Assembly: GCA_963816145.1 (NCBI GenBank)
Contig: CAWFJP010000001.1
Span: 96,001-160,000, forward strand
DNA: 64,000 nucleotides
From: an uncultured delta proteobacterium
Lineage (GTDB): Bacteria > Desulfobacterota > Binatia > UBA9968
Direction: 5' to 3'
Shown here one piece after another: positions 21,402-35,499 of this stretch. The stretch's first letter is position 1; every line of letters begins with the position of its first letter. The position numbers and the translations under genes are program-made. The notes under the pieces are model-generated. The model was not told where the DNA came from. It saw nothing but the letters and a program-made list of their open reading frames with translations, and ran no database searches.

Positions 21402-24166
21402 ATGACCCCCCCACCCGCCAGAGCCGAACAACCAAAGGGCAAAGCCTGGCACAGCCAGTCTGCCGAAGAAGCGCTGGCACTTCTCGGTTCCTCAGCGACT
21501 GGGCTGTCTGCGCAGGAAGCAGCACAACGCCTCGCGGCTGACGGCCCGAACGAATTGAAAGAAGGCAAGCGGATCAGCCCGCTGCAGATTTTCCTCGGCC
21601 AGTTCAAGAGCCTCATCATCTGGATTCTCATCGCGGCCGGTGTCATCTCCGGCGTGCTGGGCGAAGTGGTGGACGCCATCGCCATCCTCGCCATCGTCGT
21701 CCTCAACGCCGTCATCGGCTTCTACCAGGAGTTCAACGCGGAGAAGTCCATCGCGGCGCTCAAAAAGATGACCGCGCCCCAGGCGCAAGGTGCGACGCGA
21801 CGGGCAAGTCACTTCGATTCCTGCCTCGGGAATCGTCGCCGGTGACATCCTCGCGCTGGAAGCCGGCGACCTGGTCGCGGCTGATGCCCGGCTCCTGGAA
21901 GCGGCCTCGCTCAGGTGCATCGAGTCAGCGCTGACCGGCGAGTCGGAGGCGGTGACGAAGCAGCCCGCGACTTTGGAACAGCGCGACGTCCCGCTCGGCG
22001 ACCGCGAAAACATGGTGTTCATGGGCACGAGCGTGGCGGCGGGCACCGGCCAGGCCGTCGTTGTGGCCACGGCGATGAAGACCGAGCTTGGGCCGCATCG
22101 CCGGATTGATTGAAGAGGCGGGCGTGGCGGAAAGCACCCCGCTGCAGCAGAAGCTCGACTCGTTCGGACGCATCCTCGTCTGGGCGGCGCTGGGCATCGT
22201 CGCGCTGCTGTTCGGGCTGGGGCTGCTGCGCGGGACGAATCTTCTCGAGTTGTTCATGACCTCTGTCAGCCTCGCCGTGGCGGCCGTGCCGGAAGGGCTG
22301 CCGGCCGTCGTCACGGTTGCGCTCGCGCTCGGCGTGTTGCGCATGTCCCGCCGCCGCGCGCTCGTGCGCAAACTGGCCGCGGTCGAGACGCTCGGCTCGA
22401 CGACGGTCATCTGCACGGACAAGACCGGCACCTTGACCGTCGGCGAGATGACCGTGCGCGCTCTCTACGTCGCAGGCCAAAGCTACGAGGTCACCGGCGA
22501 AGGCTACGGTCCGGATGGCGAGGTGCGCTTCGAGGGCAAGAAGGCGGAAGCGCCGCACACCGCGCCGTTGCTCGAACTCGCGACGGTCCTCCTCGGCTGC
22601 AACAATGCGCATCTCGTTCAGGAAGACGGAACGTGGAAAACCGTCGGCGATCCTACCGAAGGCGCGTTGCTTGGCAGCCGGCGCCAAAGCCGGCGGCGAC
22701 CGGAAGCGCATCGAGAAGGAGCTGCCGAAGCATCACGAGATCCCTTTCGACTCCGACCGCAAACGCAGCACGGTGATTCGCCGGATGCCGGATGGGAAGC
22801 TCCGCGCCTTCATCAACGGCGCGCCCGACGTGCTGTTGGAGCGCTGCACACAGCCTTTACACCAGCACCGGGATCCGCCCCATGACGGACGAGGACCGCC
22901 AGAACATCGTGGCGCAAAACACCGCGATGGCGCAGCAAGCCCTGCGCGTGCTCGGTTCGGCCTATCGCGACCTGGACAACGCTTCGCCCGCCGACCTCAC
23001 AGCGGACGCCGTCGAGCACGATCTCGTGTTCGTCGGTCTGACGGGGATGTATGATCCGCCCCGGCCCGAGGCCAAAGATGCCGTCGCGAAGTGTCGCGCC
23101 GCAGGCATTCGCGTGGTGATGATTACCGGTGACCATCCGCACACCGCGATGGCCATCGCGCGGGAAATCGGCATCGCTTCAGACGACGACACGGTTATCG
23201 CGGGGGTGGAGTTGGACAAGATGTCCGACGAAGAGCTGCGGCGGCGCGCGCCCGAAGATCGCCGTCTACGCCCGCGTCACCGCCGAGCACAAGCTGCGCA
23301 TCATTCGCGCCTTGAAAGCCAATGACGCCGTCGTGGCCATGACCGGTGATGGCGTCAACGATGCCCCGGCCATCAAGGGCGCCGACATCGGCATCGCCAT
23401 GGGGAAAGCGGGAACGGAAGTCACCAAGCAAGCGGCGGACATGATCATCACCGATGACAACTTCGCCACGATCGTCGCCGCCGTCGAAGAGGGCCGGGGC
23501 ATTTACGACAACATCCGCAAGACGCTCCAATACCTGCTGGCGGGCAATACCGGTGAACTGCTGCTCATGACCGTCTGCGTGATCATCGGTCTGCCGACGC
23601 CGCTGCTGCCGATTCACCTGCTCTGGATCAATCTCGTCACCGATGGCCTGCCCGCGCTCTGCCTGGCCACCGACCCCATCGACCCCGACGTGATGAAGCG
23701 CCACCCGCGCCGCCGTTCTGAGCGCATCACGAACCGCAGCTTCCTCCGCACGATGTTCTTCACCGGCTTCCTCACCGCTGGCGTCGCGTTCGCGGTTTAC
23801 TTCTACGTCCTGAAGACGGGAACCGCGGAAACGGCCCGCACTCACGCCTTCGCCGTGCTGGTCTTCGCCGAACTCTTGCGGTCCTTCGGCGCCCGCAGCG
23901 AGACCAAGCCGGTCTGGCGCATCTCCCTTTTCACGAACGTCAACCTGGTCATCGTGGTTGCCATCTCTTTCGGCCTCCAGGTGTGGAGCCAACACAACGC
24001 GACTCTGGGCCGCTTCCTGAAGACGTCATATATGCCGTTCGCCGATTGCTTCCTGCTTCTCGCCGTGGGCGCCATCCCGCTGTTCGTTCTGGAGATGGTG
24101 AAGGTGGTGCGGCACGCCCTGCGGCAAAGAAAGGCTGAGCCAGATGAATATGCCAAGCCGGCTTGA
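21402..24166 (+). CDS. Cation-translocating P-type ATPase (type IIA-like), about five frameshifts
   Basis: [43 protein letters not shown] and [10 protein letters not shown] across successive ORFs. Confidence 0.9.
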
Positions 24167-25017
24167 CCAAAAGACGCGCAGGGTCTGGGCGATATTTTGT
24201 CTCAGCGTCAAAAAGTTTTCGCGCATTGACGGGGCACAGCGGGCGGGAGCGTTCGCGTTCAGTGCGTTCTTTTCGTTGTTTCCTTTGATGATCCTGCTCG
24301 TCACGATTGCCTCATCCTTTGTTGACCGGGACAGGGCCGGAAAGAGGCTATTGCGTACTTGGAAAGCTACGTCCCGATTAGCGGTGAAGATGCAACGTCA
24401 CATTTTTGAAACCATCGCCGGTGTGATCACAGCGCGTGAGCGGGCGGGCGTGGTCGCGTTTCTCGTCCTGGTCTGGGCCTCCCTCCACTGTTTCACCACC
24501 CTCATCAGCGCCACCAACCGAGCCTGGGGCGCCGACGTGCTACAATTGGTGGCGACTGCCGCTCAAAAGCCTGATTTTTCTCGCCATCCTGATCAGCACG
24601 GCCCTCTTGGGCGTCGCGGTGCCGGTGCTGGCGAAAATGGCGAAGGATTGGCTCTTTCCAGTGAATGATTTCAGTTCCTGGGTCTATGCCCTAGGAAGCT
24701 TTTTCATCCCCTTGTTGGTGGTGTTCGTCAGTCTGAGCCTGTTTTACAGGCTGGCTCCGCGCCGGCCCACGCGCTTTGCCGAGGTCTGGGCCGCTGCCCT
24801 GTGCGCCACGGTTCTCTTGCACGCGGCCGAAAGTCTATTCGTGATCTACCTTAAGAACTTCGCCAGGTTAAACGCGGTTTATGGAGCGTTCGGCGGGACC
24901 ATGGCATTGCTGCTGTGGATTTATCTTTCCGGGTGCATTTTCATCTTCGGCGCCTGCCTGTGCGCCGCTCAGGCCGAAGAGCGTTCAGCGCCGGCGGAAC
25001 CGATTATGGCGCACTGA
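24144..25017 (+). CDS. YihY/BrkB-family membrane protein (frameshifted)
   Basis: AFAFSAFFSLFP, LFYRLAP, YGAFGGTMALLLWIYLSG..FGA. Confidence 0.85.
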
Positions 25018-25036
25018 ACGAAAGGAGAATTGAACC

Positions 25037-27418
25037 ATGAAGACAAACACTCTTTCCCCGGAACTGCTCCACAAGATGGAAGCCTACTGGCGCGCCGCCA
25101 ACTATCTTTCGGTCGGACAGATTTATCTTTACGACAATCCATTGCTGAAGCGGCCGCTGACGCTCTCGGACGTAAAGCACATGCTGCTGGGACACTGGGG
25201 CACGACCCCGGGACAGAACTTCATTTACGTGCACTTGAACCGGATCATCAAGAAATATGACCTCGACATGATTTACGTCTCCGGCCCGGGGCACGGTGGG
25301 CCGGCTGTCGTGGGCAACACTTATCTCGAGGGCACCTACAGCGAGATTTATCCCAACATCAGCCAGGATGAGGCCGGGCTGCGGAAGCTGTTTCTGCAGT
25401 TTTCTTTTCCTGGAGGAATTCCCAGCCACGCATCGCCGGAGTGTCCGGGCTCGATCCACGAGGGCGGCGAGCTGGGCTATTCGCTCAGCCATTCGTTCGG
25501 CGCGGTGTTCGACAATCCTGATTTGATCGTTGCCTGCGTCGTCGGCGACGGTGAAGCGGAAACCGGACCGCTGGCCACGGCGTGGCATTCGAACAAGTTC
25601 CTCGATCCAATAACCGACGGCGCAGTGCTGCCGATCCTGCATCTCAATGGCTACAAGATCAGCAACCCGACTATCCTGGCCCGCATCGAACATGAGGAAT
25701 TGCAGCAATTTCTTCGAGGCTGCGGATGGACGCCCTACTTCGTCGAGGGTCACGAGCCCGGGCCGATGCATGAGGCCATGGCCGCGACCCTCGACACGGT
25801 GGTGGAGCAGATCACAAAAATCCAGCAGGACGCCCGCGTCCACGGCAACTCGGGCAACTTCGCGCGGCCACGCTGGCCGATGATCGTCCTCAATTCACCC
25901 AAGGGCTGGACGGGGCCGCAAGTGGTGGATGGCTTGCAGATCGAAGGCACCTTCCGCGCGCATCAGGTGCCGCTTCACCCGAATGCTCATCCCGAGCACC
26001 TCAAGCTGTTAGAAGACTGGCTGCGGAGCTATCGGCCCGAGGAACTCTTCGATGAACAGGGCCGCTTGAAACCGGAACTGGCCGAACTGGCGCCCGAGGG
26101 CGAACGACGCATGGGCGCGAATCCCCACGCCAACGGCGGCAAATTGCTGCGAGACCTGCGCATGCCGGATTTTCGCGCCTACGCCGCCGAAGTGCGCGAG
26201 CCGGGCGCGCGCGGTATCGGCGACACGCATGTGCTCGGACCTTTCCTGCGCGATGTGGCGAAGCTGAACAGTGAGCAGCGGAATTTCCGAGTCTTTGGCC
26301 CGGACGAGACGCTCTCCAACGGCTTGGAAGCTCTTTTTGAAGCGACCCAACGCCAGTGGGACGCCGCGACGGTGCCGAACGACGAATTCCTCGCACCCAC
26401 TGGACGCGTGCTGGACTCTATGCTCAGCGAGCATCAATGCGAGGGCTGGCTCGAGGGCTATCTGCTTACCGGGCGCCATGGCCTTTTCAACTGCTACGAG
26501 GCGTTCATCCACATCATCGATTCGATGTTCAACCAGCACGCCAAATGGCTGAAAGTCACGGCGCACCTGCCGTGGCGCCGCAAGATCGCTTCTTTAAACT
26601 ATCTGCTGGCGTCTCATGTTTGGCGCCAGGATCACAACGGCTTCACGCACCAGGATCCCGGTTTCATCGACCATGTCGTCAACAAAAAAGCCGAGGTCGT
26701 GCGGGTTTACTTTCCGCCGGATGCAAACTGCCTGCTGTCGGTGATGGACCACTGCCTGCGCAGCCGCCATTACGTCAACGTCGTGATTGCGGGCAAACAT
26801 CCGGCGCCGCAGTGGCTGGCGATGGACGCTGCCGTCAAGCACTGCACCCAGGGCATCGGCATCTGGCAGTGGGCCAGCAACGATCAGCGCGTTGCCCCCG
26901 ACGTGGTCATGGCCTGCTGTGGCGACGTGCCCACCCTGGAGACGCTCGCCGCCGTCTCGATCATGCGCGAGCATCTGCCCGACCTGAAAATCCGCGTGGT
27001 CAACGTTGTCGATCTCATGAAGCTGCAGCCGCCAAGCGAGCATCCGCACGGCTTGAGCGACATGGATTTCGACGAACTGTTCACCAAGGACAAGCCGGTA
27101 ATCTTCGCGTACCATGCCTACCCGTGGTTGATCCACCGGCTGACTTATCGCCGCACCAACCACGACAACATCCACGTCCGGGGTTATAAGGAAGAGGGCA
27201 CCATCACCACGCCCTTCGACATGACGGTGCTGAACGATCTGGACCGCTTCCACCTCGTGATGGACACCATCGATCGCCTGCCGCAGACCGGCGACAAGGG
27301 CATATATCTGAAGCAGCAGCTAAAGGACAAGCTGATCGAACACAAGCAATACATTGAAAAATGCGGCGAGGACCTGCCGGAGATTCGGAATTGGAAGTGG
27401 AGTCAGTACGGAACCTAG
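25037..27418 (+). CDS. xfp: Phosphoketolase (XFP)
   Basis: [48 protein letters not shown]. Confidence 0.97.
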   Translation: MKTNTLSPELLHKMEAYWRAANYLSVGQIYLYDNPLLKRPLTLSDVKHMLLGHWGTTPGQNFIYVHLNRIIKKYDLDMIYVSGPGHGGPAVVGNTYLEGTYSEIYPNISQDEAGLRKLFLQFSFPGGIPSHASPECPGSIHEGGELGYSLSHSFGAVFDNPDLIVACVVGDGEAETGPLATAWHSNKFLDPITDGAVLPILHLNGYKISNPTILARIEHEELQQFLRGCGWTPYFVEGHEPGPMHEAMAATLDTVVEQITKIQQDARVHGNSGNFARPRWPMIVLNSPKGWTGPQVVDGLQIEGTFRAHQVPLHPNAHPEHLKLLEDWLRSYRPEELFDEQGRLKPELAELAPEGERRMGANPHANGGKLLRDLRMPDFRAYAAEVREPGARGIGDTHVLGPFLRDVAKLNSEQRNFRVFGPDETLSNGLEALFEATQRQWDAATVPNDEFLAPTGRVLDSMLSEHQCEGWLEGYLLTGRHGLFNCYEAFIHIIDSMFNQHAKWLKVTAHLPWRRKIASLNYLLASHVWRQDHNGFTHQDPGFIDHVVNKKAEVVRVYFPPDANCLLSVMDHCLRSRHYVNVVIAGKHPAPQWLAMDAAVKHCTQGIGIWQWASNDQRVAPDVVMACCGDVPTLETLAAVSIMREHLPDLKIRVVNVVDLMKLQPPSEHPHGLSDMDFDELFTKDKPVIFAYHAYPWLIHRLTYRRTNHDNIHVRGYKEEGTITTPFDMTVLNDLDRFHLVMDTIDRLPQTGDKGIYLKQQLKDKLIEHKQYIEKCGEDLPEIRNWKWSQYGT

Positions 27419-27461
27419 AAAGAGAACGCGCCGGCGGAAAAGACCTGTGTGCCGAAATTAA

Positions 27462-29417
<1,956 letters not shown>

Positions 29418-29425
<8 letters not shown>

Positions 29426-29756
29426 AAGCGCAAAAAAGAAACCTGCTGCGGATAACGCGACGGTATTCAGCCAACAAGTGGCTGCAAAGGCAGCGCGCAA
29501 GCTCAAGGCGCGCAAGTCCGGCCAAGGCGTCTGGTTTGGCCTGGGTATGATGGGGCTCATTGGCTGGTCGGTGGTGGTGCCGACATTGCTCGGTGCAGCG
29601 CTCGGCATCTGGTTGGACGCACACCATGCGGGGAAGCATCCCTGGACGCTGGCGCTGTTGATCGTCGGCCTGGCGATCGGCTGTTTGAACGCCTGGCATT
29701 GGGTCGCCAAGGAAGACAAGGAAATGCGCGAGGAACAGGGGGATAATGATGAATGA
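29418..29756 (+). CDS. atpQ: N-ATPase AtpQ (AtpZ/AtpI-like)
   Basis: GLGMMGLIGWSVVVPTLLGAALGIWLD; operon position. Confidence 0.88.
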
Positions 29757-30060
29757 AACTTTGACTCTAGTGTTGGCTTTGGTGACGGGCGTTTTGCTTG
29801 GTGTGATGTTCTTCGGCGGCCTTTGGTGGACGGTGCGCAAAGGCGTTTCGTCCGCACGGCCGGCGCTTTGGTTCCTTGGCAGTCTTTTGCTGCGAACGAT
29901 TATTACCGTGACTGGTTTTTATTTCGTCGCACGCGGGGATTGGCAGAGGTTGCTGATGTGCCTGCTTGGATTTGTCATCGCGCGTCCAATCGTTGCGCGG
30001 CTTACCCAGCCAACTCAGACGCGAACCCGATTGTCGAATGAGGTGAGTCATGAATCTTAG
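29746..30060 (+). CDS. atpR: N-ATPase AtpR subunit
   Basis: FFGGLWWTVR, SLLLR, LGFVIAR; operon position. Confidence 0.88.
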   Translation: MMNETLTLVLALVTGVLLGVMFFGGLWWTVRKGVSSARPALWFLGSLLLRTIITVTGFYFVARGDWQRLLMCLLGFVIARPIVARLTQPTQTRTRLSNEVSHES

Positions 30061-30745
30061 TTCCGATCAACAGATCCTGTGGCAGTACGGATTTCTCAAG
30101 CTCAACGGCACGGTTGTCACGACGTGGGCCCTGATGATCGCGATGGCTGTGGGCGCGAAACTGATCACTCGCAAGCTCGCCACCGACGGGGCAATTTCCC
30201 GATGGCAAGGATTTCTTGAACTCGTCGTCACAGCCATCGAGAAACAAATCAAGGAAGTCGGTCTGAGTGAGCCGGCGAAGTATCTCGGCTTTTTGGGCAC
30301 ACTCTTCCTGTTTGTCGCCACCGCCAGCCTGTGCACGCTAATTCCCGGTTACGAGCCGCCAACCGGATCGCTGTCAACCACGGCGGCGCTCGCTCTGTGC
30401 GTGTTCGTGGCCGTGCCGCTCTTCGGCATCGAGGAGCAGGGGCTGGGCGGTTACCTCAAATCCTACATGCAGCCGACGTTCATCATGCTGCCGTTTAACA
30501 TCATCAGCGAACTTTCGCGCACACTGGCCCTGGCTGTCCGTTTGTTCGGCAACATGATGAGCGGGGCAATGATCATCGGCATTCTGCTCACCATCACGCC
30601 CTTCATCTTTCCGATCATCATGACGGCGCTCGGTCTGCTCACCGGCATGGTGCAAGCCTACATCTTCAGCATTCTGGCTGCCGTTTATATCGCCGCCGCC
30701 ACGCGCGTTCGCAAGTCCAAGCCTGAACCTGATCGCCAGCAGTGA
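30050..30745 (+). CDS. atpB: N-ATPase a subunit
   Basis: PPTGSLST, SRTLALAVRLFGN, VQAYIFSILAAVY. Confidence 0.95.
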   Translation: MNLSSDQQILWQYGFLKLNGTVVTTWALMIAMAVGAKLITRKLATDGAISRWQGFLELVVTAIEKQIKEVGLSEPAKYLGFLGTLFLFVATASLCTLIPGYEPPTGSLSTTAALALCVFVAVPLFGIEEQGLGGYLKSYMQPTFIMLPFNIISELSRTLALAVRLFGNMMSGAMIIGILLTITPFIFPIIMTALGLLTGMVQAYIFSILAAVYIAAATRVRKSKPEPDRQQ

Positions 30746-30781
30746 AACAACGACACTAACGATGAAATAAAAGGACACAAT

Positions 30782-31063
30782 ATGGATAACATGACTCTTA
30801 TCGCAATCGCTTCCATTATTACCGCCGGGCTGACGATGGCGGTTGGGGGGATAGGACCCGCGCTTAGCGAGGGACGGGCAGTCGCGACGGCATTGAGCGC
30901 GCTGGCGCAGCAACCCGATGCCTCCGGCACCATCACTCGGACCTTGTTTGTCGGTCTGGCGATGATCGAGTCCATTGCCATCTACTGCTTTGTGGTCTCG
31001 ATGATTCTCATCTTCGCCAATCCTTTCTGGAACCACGTCATTGTCCAAACGACAGGAAAGTGA
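30782..31063 (+). CDS. atpE: N-ATPase c subunit
   Basis: PALSEG, AQQPD, LAMIESIAIY, ANPF. Confidence 0.95.
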   Translation: MDNMTLIAIASIITAGLTMAVGGIGPALSEGRAVATALSALAQQPDASGTITRTLFVGLAMIESIAIYCFVVSMILIFANPFWNHVIVQTTGK

Positions 31064-31066
31064 CCT

Positions 31067-31978
31067 ATGCTAATCGATTGGTTCACTGTCGCTGCGCAGG
31101 TAGTCAACTTCCTCATCCTGGTATGGTTAATGAAACGCTTTCTTTACAAGCCAATCCTTAACGCCATCGACGAGCGGGAGAAGCGGATCGCCACTGAACT
31201 CGCGGATGCCGCCGCGAAAAAGGCCGAAGCGCAAAAGGAACACGACGGCTTTCAGCACAAGAACGAAGAGTTCGAGCAGCAGCGCGCCACTCTCTTGAGC
31301 AAAGTAAGGGACGAGGCGAAAGCCGTACGTCAGCGGCTCCTCGACGAAGCGCGGAAGGAGGCGGACGGCCTGCGCGTCAGGCGGCAGGACGCCTTGCGAA
31401 ATGACCAAAAGAGCCTGAGCGAAGAGATCACCCGTCGAACCAAGGAGGAAGTTTTTGCGATCACGCGAAAGACGCTCGCGGACCTCGCCACGACGACACT
31501 GGAAGAACGCCTCGGCGAAGTATTCACGCGCCGTTTGCGACAGATGGACGGTAAGGTGAAAGAAGGTCTTGCCCAGGCCCTTAAGACATCGTCCGACCCG
31601 GCGCTCGTGCGCAGCACGTTTGACCTGCCTGCGAAGCAACGGGACGCGATACAAAATGCGCTCAACGAGACCTTCTCGGCTGAAATCCGCGTCCGGTTCG
31701 AGACGGCTCCGAAGCTGGTCTGCGGGATCGAACTCACCACGAATGGACAGAAGCTGGCTTGGAGCATCGCGGATTATCTCGCGTCGCTGGAAAAGAGCGT
31801 CGGCGAACTTCTAGACGCACAATCCAAATCTGAAGCCAAAGCCGAGCCGAAACCGGAGACTAAACCTGATGAATCCAAGCCGGACCTACACCTTGAGCCT
31901 AAGCAAGAGGTCAAGCCCGAAGCAAAGCCCGCACCCACGCCAGAGCCGAAATCTGCCGCTCCCGTGGAGGCCAAATGA
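31067..31978 (+). CDS. atpF: N-ATPase b subunit with a delta-like C-terminal region
   Basis: [27 protein letters not shown]; LVCGIEL; Pro-rich tail. Confidence 0.93.
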   Translation: MLIDWFTVAAQVVNFLILVWLMKRFLYKPILNAIDEREKRIATELADAAAKKAEAQKEHDGFQHKNEEFEQQRATLLSKVRDEAKAVRQRLLDEARKEADGLRVRRQDALRNDQKSLSEEITRRTKEEVFAITRKTLADLATTTLEERLGEVFTRRLRQMDGKVKEGLAQALKTSSDPALVRSTFDLPAKQRDAIQNALNETFSAEIRVRFETAPKLVCGIELTTNGQKLAWSIADYLASLEKSVGELLDAQSKSEAKAEPKPETKPDESKPDLHLEPKQEVKPEAKPAPTPEPKSAAPVEAK

Positions 31979-33528
31979 GCGCGCCACCCGACACCCTGAA
32001 GAGTGTCTTGGATCGCGCGTTCGCTGGCGTGAGCCAGGCGCGGGAAGCCTTTGCGCCGCAACTCGCGCCACGGGAAGTGGGCACAATCACCAGCATAGCC
32101 ACTGGCATCGCCAAAGTCTCAGGCCTCCCCGGCGTGGGCTTTGAGGAGGTGCTGAAGTTTGCCGGCGAATTGTATGGCATCGCATTCAACGTCGATGAAG
32201 ACGACATCGGCGTCGTTCTGCTGGGTGACTACTGGCAGTTGCACGCGGGCGATGAAGTCGAACGCAGGGGGCACGTGATAGACGTGCCGGTAGGAGACGG
32301 ATTGATCGGACGCATTGTCAATCCATTGGGCCGGCCGCTGGATGGCAATGGTCCAGTGGTTTCCAGCGCGCGCCTGCCCATCGAACGCACGGCACCGCAC
32401 ATCATGGATCGCGCGCCCGTCACCGTACCGTTGCAAACTGGCATCAAGGCCATCGATGCGCTTATTCCCGTCGGGCGCGGCCAGCGCGAGTTGATTCTTG
32501 GTGACCGCCAGATCGGCAAGACCACCATTGCGATCGACACGATCCTCAACCAGCGCGACCACGACGTGCTGTGCGTTTATTGCGCCATCGGTCAACGCGC
32601 GTCGGCTGTCGCCAAGGCTGTGGCCACTTTGCGGGAAAAGGGCGCGATGGATTACACCGTCGTCGTCGTGACCGAAGGCAACGACCCTCCAGGCCTCGCT
32701 TATATTGCGCCTTACGCCGCGACCAGCGTCGCGGAATATTTCATGGAAGCGGGCCGTGATGTGCTGATCGTTTACGACGATCTCACCCATCATGCGCGCG
32801 CCTACCGCGAACTCTCCCTCTTGCTGCGCCGCCCGCCCGGTCGTGAAGCGTTTCCCGGCGATATCTTTTATATTCACTCGCGCCTGCTGGAACGGGCGAC
32901 GCATCTGTCCAAGGAACGCGGCGGTGGTTCGCTCACCGCCCTGCCCATCATCGAAACCGAAGCGCAGAACATTTCCGCCTACATTCCGACCAACTTGATT
33001 TCCATCACGGATGGGCAGATCTACCTATCGCCGTCGCTGTTCGAATTGGGCGTGCTGCCTGCGGTCGATGTCGGCAAATCCGTTTCGCGCGTCGGCGGCA
33101 AGGCGCAACGGGCGGCCTACCGCGCGGTGGCGGGCGACCTCAAGCTCGCCTACGCACAGTTCGAGGAACTCGAAACCTTCGCCCGATTCGGTGCCCGACT
33201 GGATGAAGAGACCCGTAAAATTATCGAGCACGGGCGGCGGCTCCGCGCCTGCCTCAAACAGTCGGAATCCCAACCGATGTCTATGCTGGAGCAGATCGCC
33301 GTCCTCTTGGCTTTGACGGCGGAACTCTTCGACCGCGTGCCGCTTGACCAGATGACCGACGCCGAGCACGCCCTATGCGAGGCGGCGGCGGAGATCCCGG
33401 CGGAGGTGCGCGAGCGACTCAATAGCGCCGCTACATTGAGCGACGAAGATCGTGAAACGATAATCCAAATCGGTCGCAAATCACTCGCGCGATTTCAGCC
33501 CAAGCCCGAACTTACGGACAAATCATGA
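31975..33528 (+). CDS. atpA: N-ATPase F1 alpha subunit
   Basis: [35 protein letters not shown]. Confidence 0.97.
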   Translation: MSAPPDTLKSVLDRAFAGVSQAREAFAPQLAPREVGTITSIATGIAKVSGLPGVGFEEVLKFAGELYGIAFNVDEDDIGVVLLGDYWQLHAGDEVERRGHVIDVPVGDGLIGRIVNPLGRPLDGNGPVVSSARLPIERTAPHIMDRAPVTVPLQTGIKAIDALIPVGRGQRELILGDRQIGKTTIAIDTILNQRDHDVLCVYCAIGQRASAVAKAVATLREKGAMDYTVVVVTEGNDPPGLAYIAPYAATSVAEYFMEAGRDVLIVYDDLTHHARAYRELSLLLRRPPGREAFPGDIFYIHSRLLERATHLSKERGGGSLTALPIIETEAQNISAYIPTNLISITDGQIYLSPSLFELGVLPAVDVGKSVSRVGGKAQRAAYRAVAGDLKLAYAQFEELETFARFGARLDEETRKIIEHGRRLRACLKQSESQPMSMLEQIAVLLALTAELFDRVPLDQMTDAEHALCEAAAEIPAEVRERLNSAATLSDEDRETIIQIGRKSLARFQPKPELTDKS

Positions 33529-34457
33529 GCGACACTACGGCGAGCCTGCGACGAAAGATTAACACTGCCGGAGATCTCCAATCCGTTGTTCGCTCGATGA
33601 AGGCCTTGGCCGCATCGAGTATCGGACAATACGAGAAATCGGTGCGCGCCTTGGCCGACTACTATCGCACCGTGGAGCTGGGATTGGGCGTCTGTTTGCG
33701 GGAAAGCGCGCCGACAGCTTTAGCGGCAGTACCAAGAGGACAAACCGTTGCCGGTGCGATGGGCGCGGTCGTGTTCGGTTCGGACCAGGGACTGGTGGGC
33801 CAATTTAATGATGTGGTGGCCGATTATGCGGTCAAGACGCTGGCGGCGCTACCGGGCAAAGCCCAGGTCTGGGCAGTCGGCGAGCGCGTTCATGCACGCC
33901 TGGCGGACGCAGGCCTGCCGCTGATGGGACTCTTCACCGTGCCCAACTCCGTCAAGGCCATTACTCCGCTCATCGGACAGATTCTCGTGGAAAGCGAGAC
34001 GCGCCACAGTGCGGGTGAAGTCACCGAACTGCACCTCTTCTACAACCGCCCTAAGTCTGGGGCGATTTATACGCCCGTCAGTCAGCGACTGCTGCCGCTG
34101 GACGAACACTGGCGGCGCCAGCTGGTCGAACTTCCCTGGCCGACAGGGAACTTGCCTGAGGTCATGGGCAGTGGCGCCGCGACCTTGCAAGCGCTTATCC
34201 GCGAATATCTTTTTGTCTCGCTCTTCCGCGCATGCGCCGAATCCCTGGCGAGCGAAAATGCCAGCCGCCTGGCGGCAATGCAGCGTGCCGATAAAAACAT
34301 CGATGAACTCCTGGAGGAGCTCAACTCAACATTCCAACGCTTGCGCCAAAGCAGCATCGACGAGGAACTGTTCGACGTGATCTCCGGCTTCGAGGCGCTG
34401 TCCAAAGGACAAACCGCATCGGAGCGCGATGCGAGTAGAAGGCGCGTCGAACCATAA
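33525..34457 (+). CDS. atpG: N-ATPase gamma subunit
   Basis: [38 protein letters not shown]. Confidence 0.95.
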   Translation: MSDTTASLRRKINTAGDLQSVVRSMKALAASSIGQYEKSVRALADYYRTVELGLGVCLRESAPTALAAVPRGQTVAGAMGAVVFGSDQGLVGQFNDVVADYAVKTLAALPGKAQVWAVGERVHARLADAGLPLMGLFTVPNSVKAITPLIGQILVESETRHSAGEVTELHLFYNRPKSGAIYTPVSQRLLPLDEHWRRQLVELPWPTGNLPEVMGSGAATLQALIREYLFVSLFRACAESLASENASRLAAMQRADKNIDELLEELNSTFQRLRQSSIDEELFDVISGFEALSKGQTASERDASRRRVEP

Positions 34458-34470
34458 AAGGAGTCTGAAG

Positions 34471-35340
34471 ATGAAAATCAATTTAAAGGATTTCAGGGTG
34501 CAGGCAGGCGAAAAGGTCAACCTCAAGAAGTGGCCGACCCTTGTGAAGCCCGTTTACCGTTCGAAAAAGCAGTATGAAGAGCTTCTTGGGGAACGGGTGA
34601 AGGAGCTGAGTTCGCTGCAACAACTTCACTACGCGTCCAATCGCTACGCGGTGCTGCTGATTTTTCAAGCCATGGACGCTGCCGGTAAGGATGGCGCCAT
34701 CAAGCACGTGATGTCCGGTGTCAATCCCCAAGGTTGCCAGGTCTTCAGTTTTAAACATCCGAGCGCTACGGAATTGGAGCACGATTTTCTCTGGCGCACC
34801 TCCCAGTGTTTGCCGGAACGCGGCCGCATCGGCATCTTTAATCGGTCCTATTACGAGGAAGTGCTGATCGTTCGGGTGCATCCGGAGATCCTGCGCAGCC
34901 AGGGGCTGCCCGGCGAGTTGCGTGACGAGAAAACTATCTGGCAGAAACGCTATCGGTCCATCGTCAACCTAGAAAACCATCTCTACCGTAACGGAACGCG
35001 AATCATCAAGTTTTTCCTCCACCTTTCGAAGCAAGAACAGCGGAAGCGCTTCCTCCAACGCATTGATGAGCCGGATAAGAACTGGAAATTCGGTCTTGCC
35101 GACATTGAAGAGAGAAAGTTCTGGAAGCATTACATGAACGCGTATGAGGCGTGCCTGAGTGCAACCAGCACAAAGGATGCACCCTGGCATGTCGTTCCTG
35201 CTGACGATAAAGAGAACGCTCGGCTAATCATTTCCGAGATCATCCTCGAGGTGTTCAATGGTCTGAAAATGGCTTATCCCAAACCCAGCGCGAAACGGCG
35301 GAGGGAACTGCATTTGATACGCAAGAGCCTTGTGAAGTGA
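34471..35340 (+). CDS. ppk2: Polyphosphate kinase 2 (class III-like)
   Basis: [25 protein letters not shown]. Confidence 0.93.
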   Translation: MKINLKDFRVQAGEKVNLKKWPTLVKPVYRSKKQYEELLGERVKELSSLQQLHYASNRYAVLLIFQAMDAAGKDGAIKHVMSGVNPQGCQVFSFKHPSATELEHDFLWRTSQCLPERGRIGIFNRSYYEEVLIVRVHPEILRSQGLPGELRDEKTIWQKRYRSIVNLENHLYRNGTRIIKFFLHLSKQEQRKRFLQRIDEPDKNWKFGLADIEERKFWKHYMNAYEACLSATSTKDAPWHVVPADDKENARLIISEIILEVFNGLKMAYPKPSAKRRRELHLIRKSLVK

Positions 35341-35499
35341 AGACTTACAGTAACGAAAACGGCCTGGCGAGCAAAGTACCGGTATGCGCCGCCTTGGTGG
35401 GGTATCAACCAACCGCCACCTAACTTCGGGAGCATCGCTGCGCACGAGATGCTCCCGCAAGTGCAAACGACCGCAGGCTTTTTACAAAAAGGTGAAACT

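Noticed and set aside
21402-25017. Many frameshifts in the P-ATPase and yihY (also at ~58, ~7235, ~17330, ~29310, ~46450) read as pseudogenes or programmed frameshifts
   Set aside because: They are isolated single-base indels, often doubled bases, with motifs intact and no slippery sites. Long-read error is the simplest reading; read polishing would decide.
32500-32525. AtpA P-loop GDRQIGKT instead of GDRQTGKT
   Set aside because: One substitution in the non-catalytic subunit; too weak without read confirmation.
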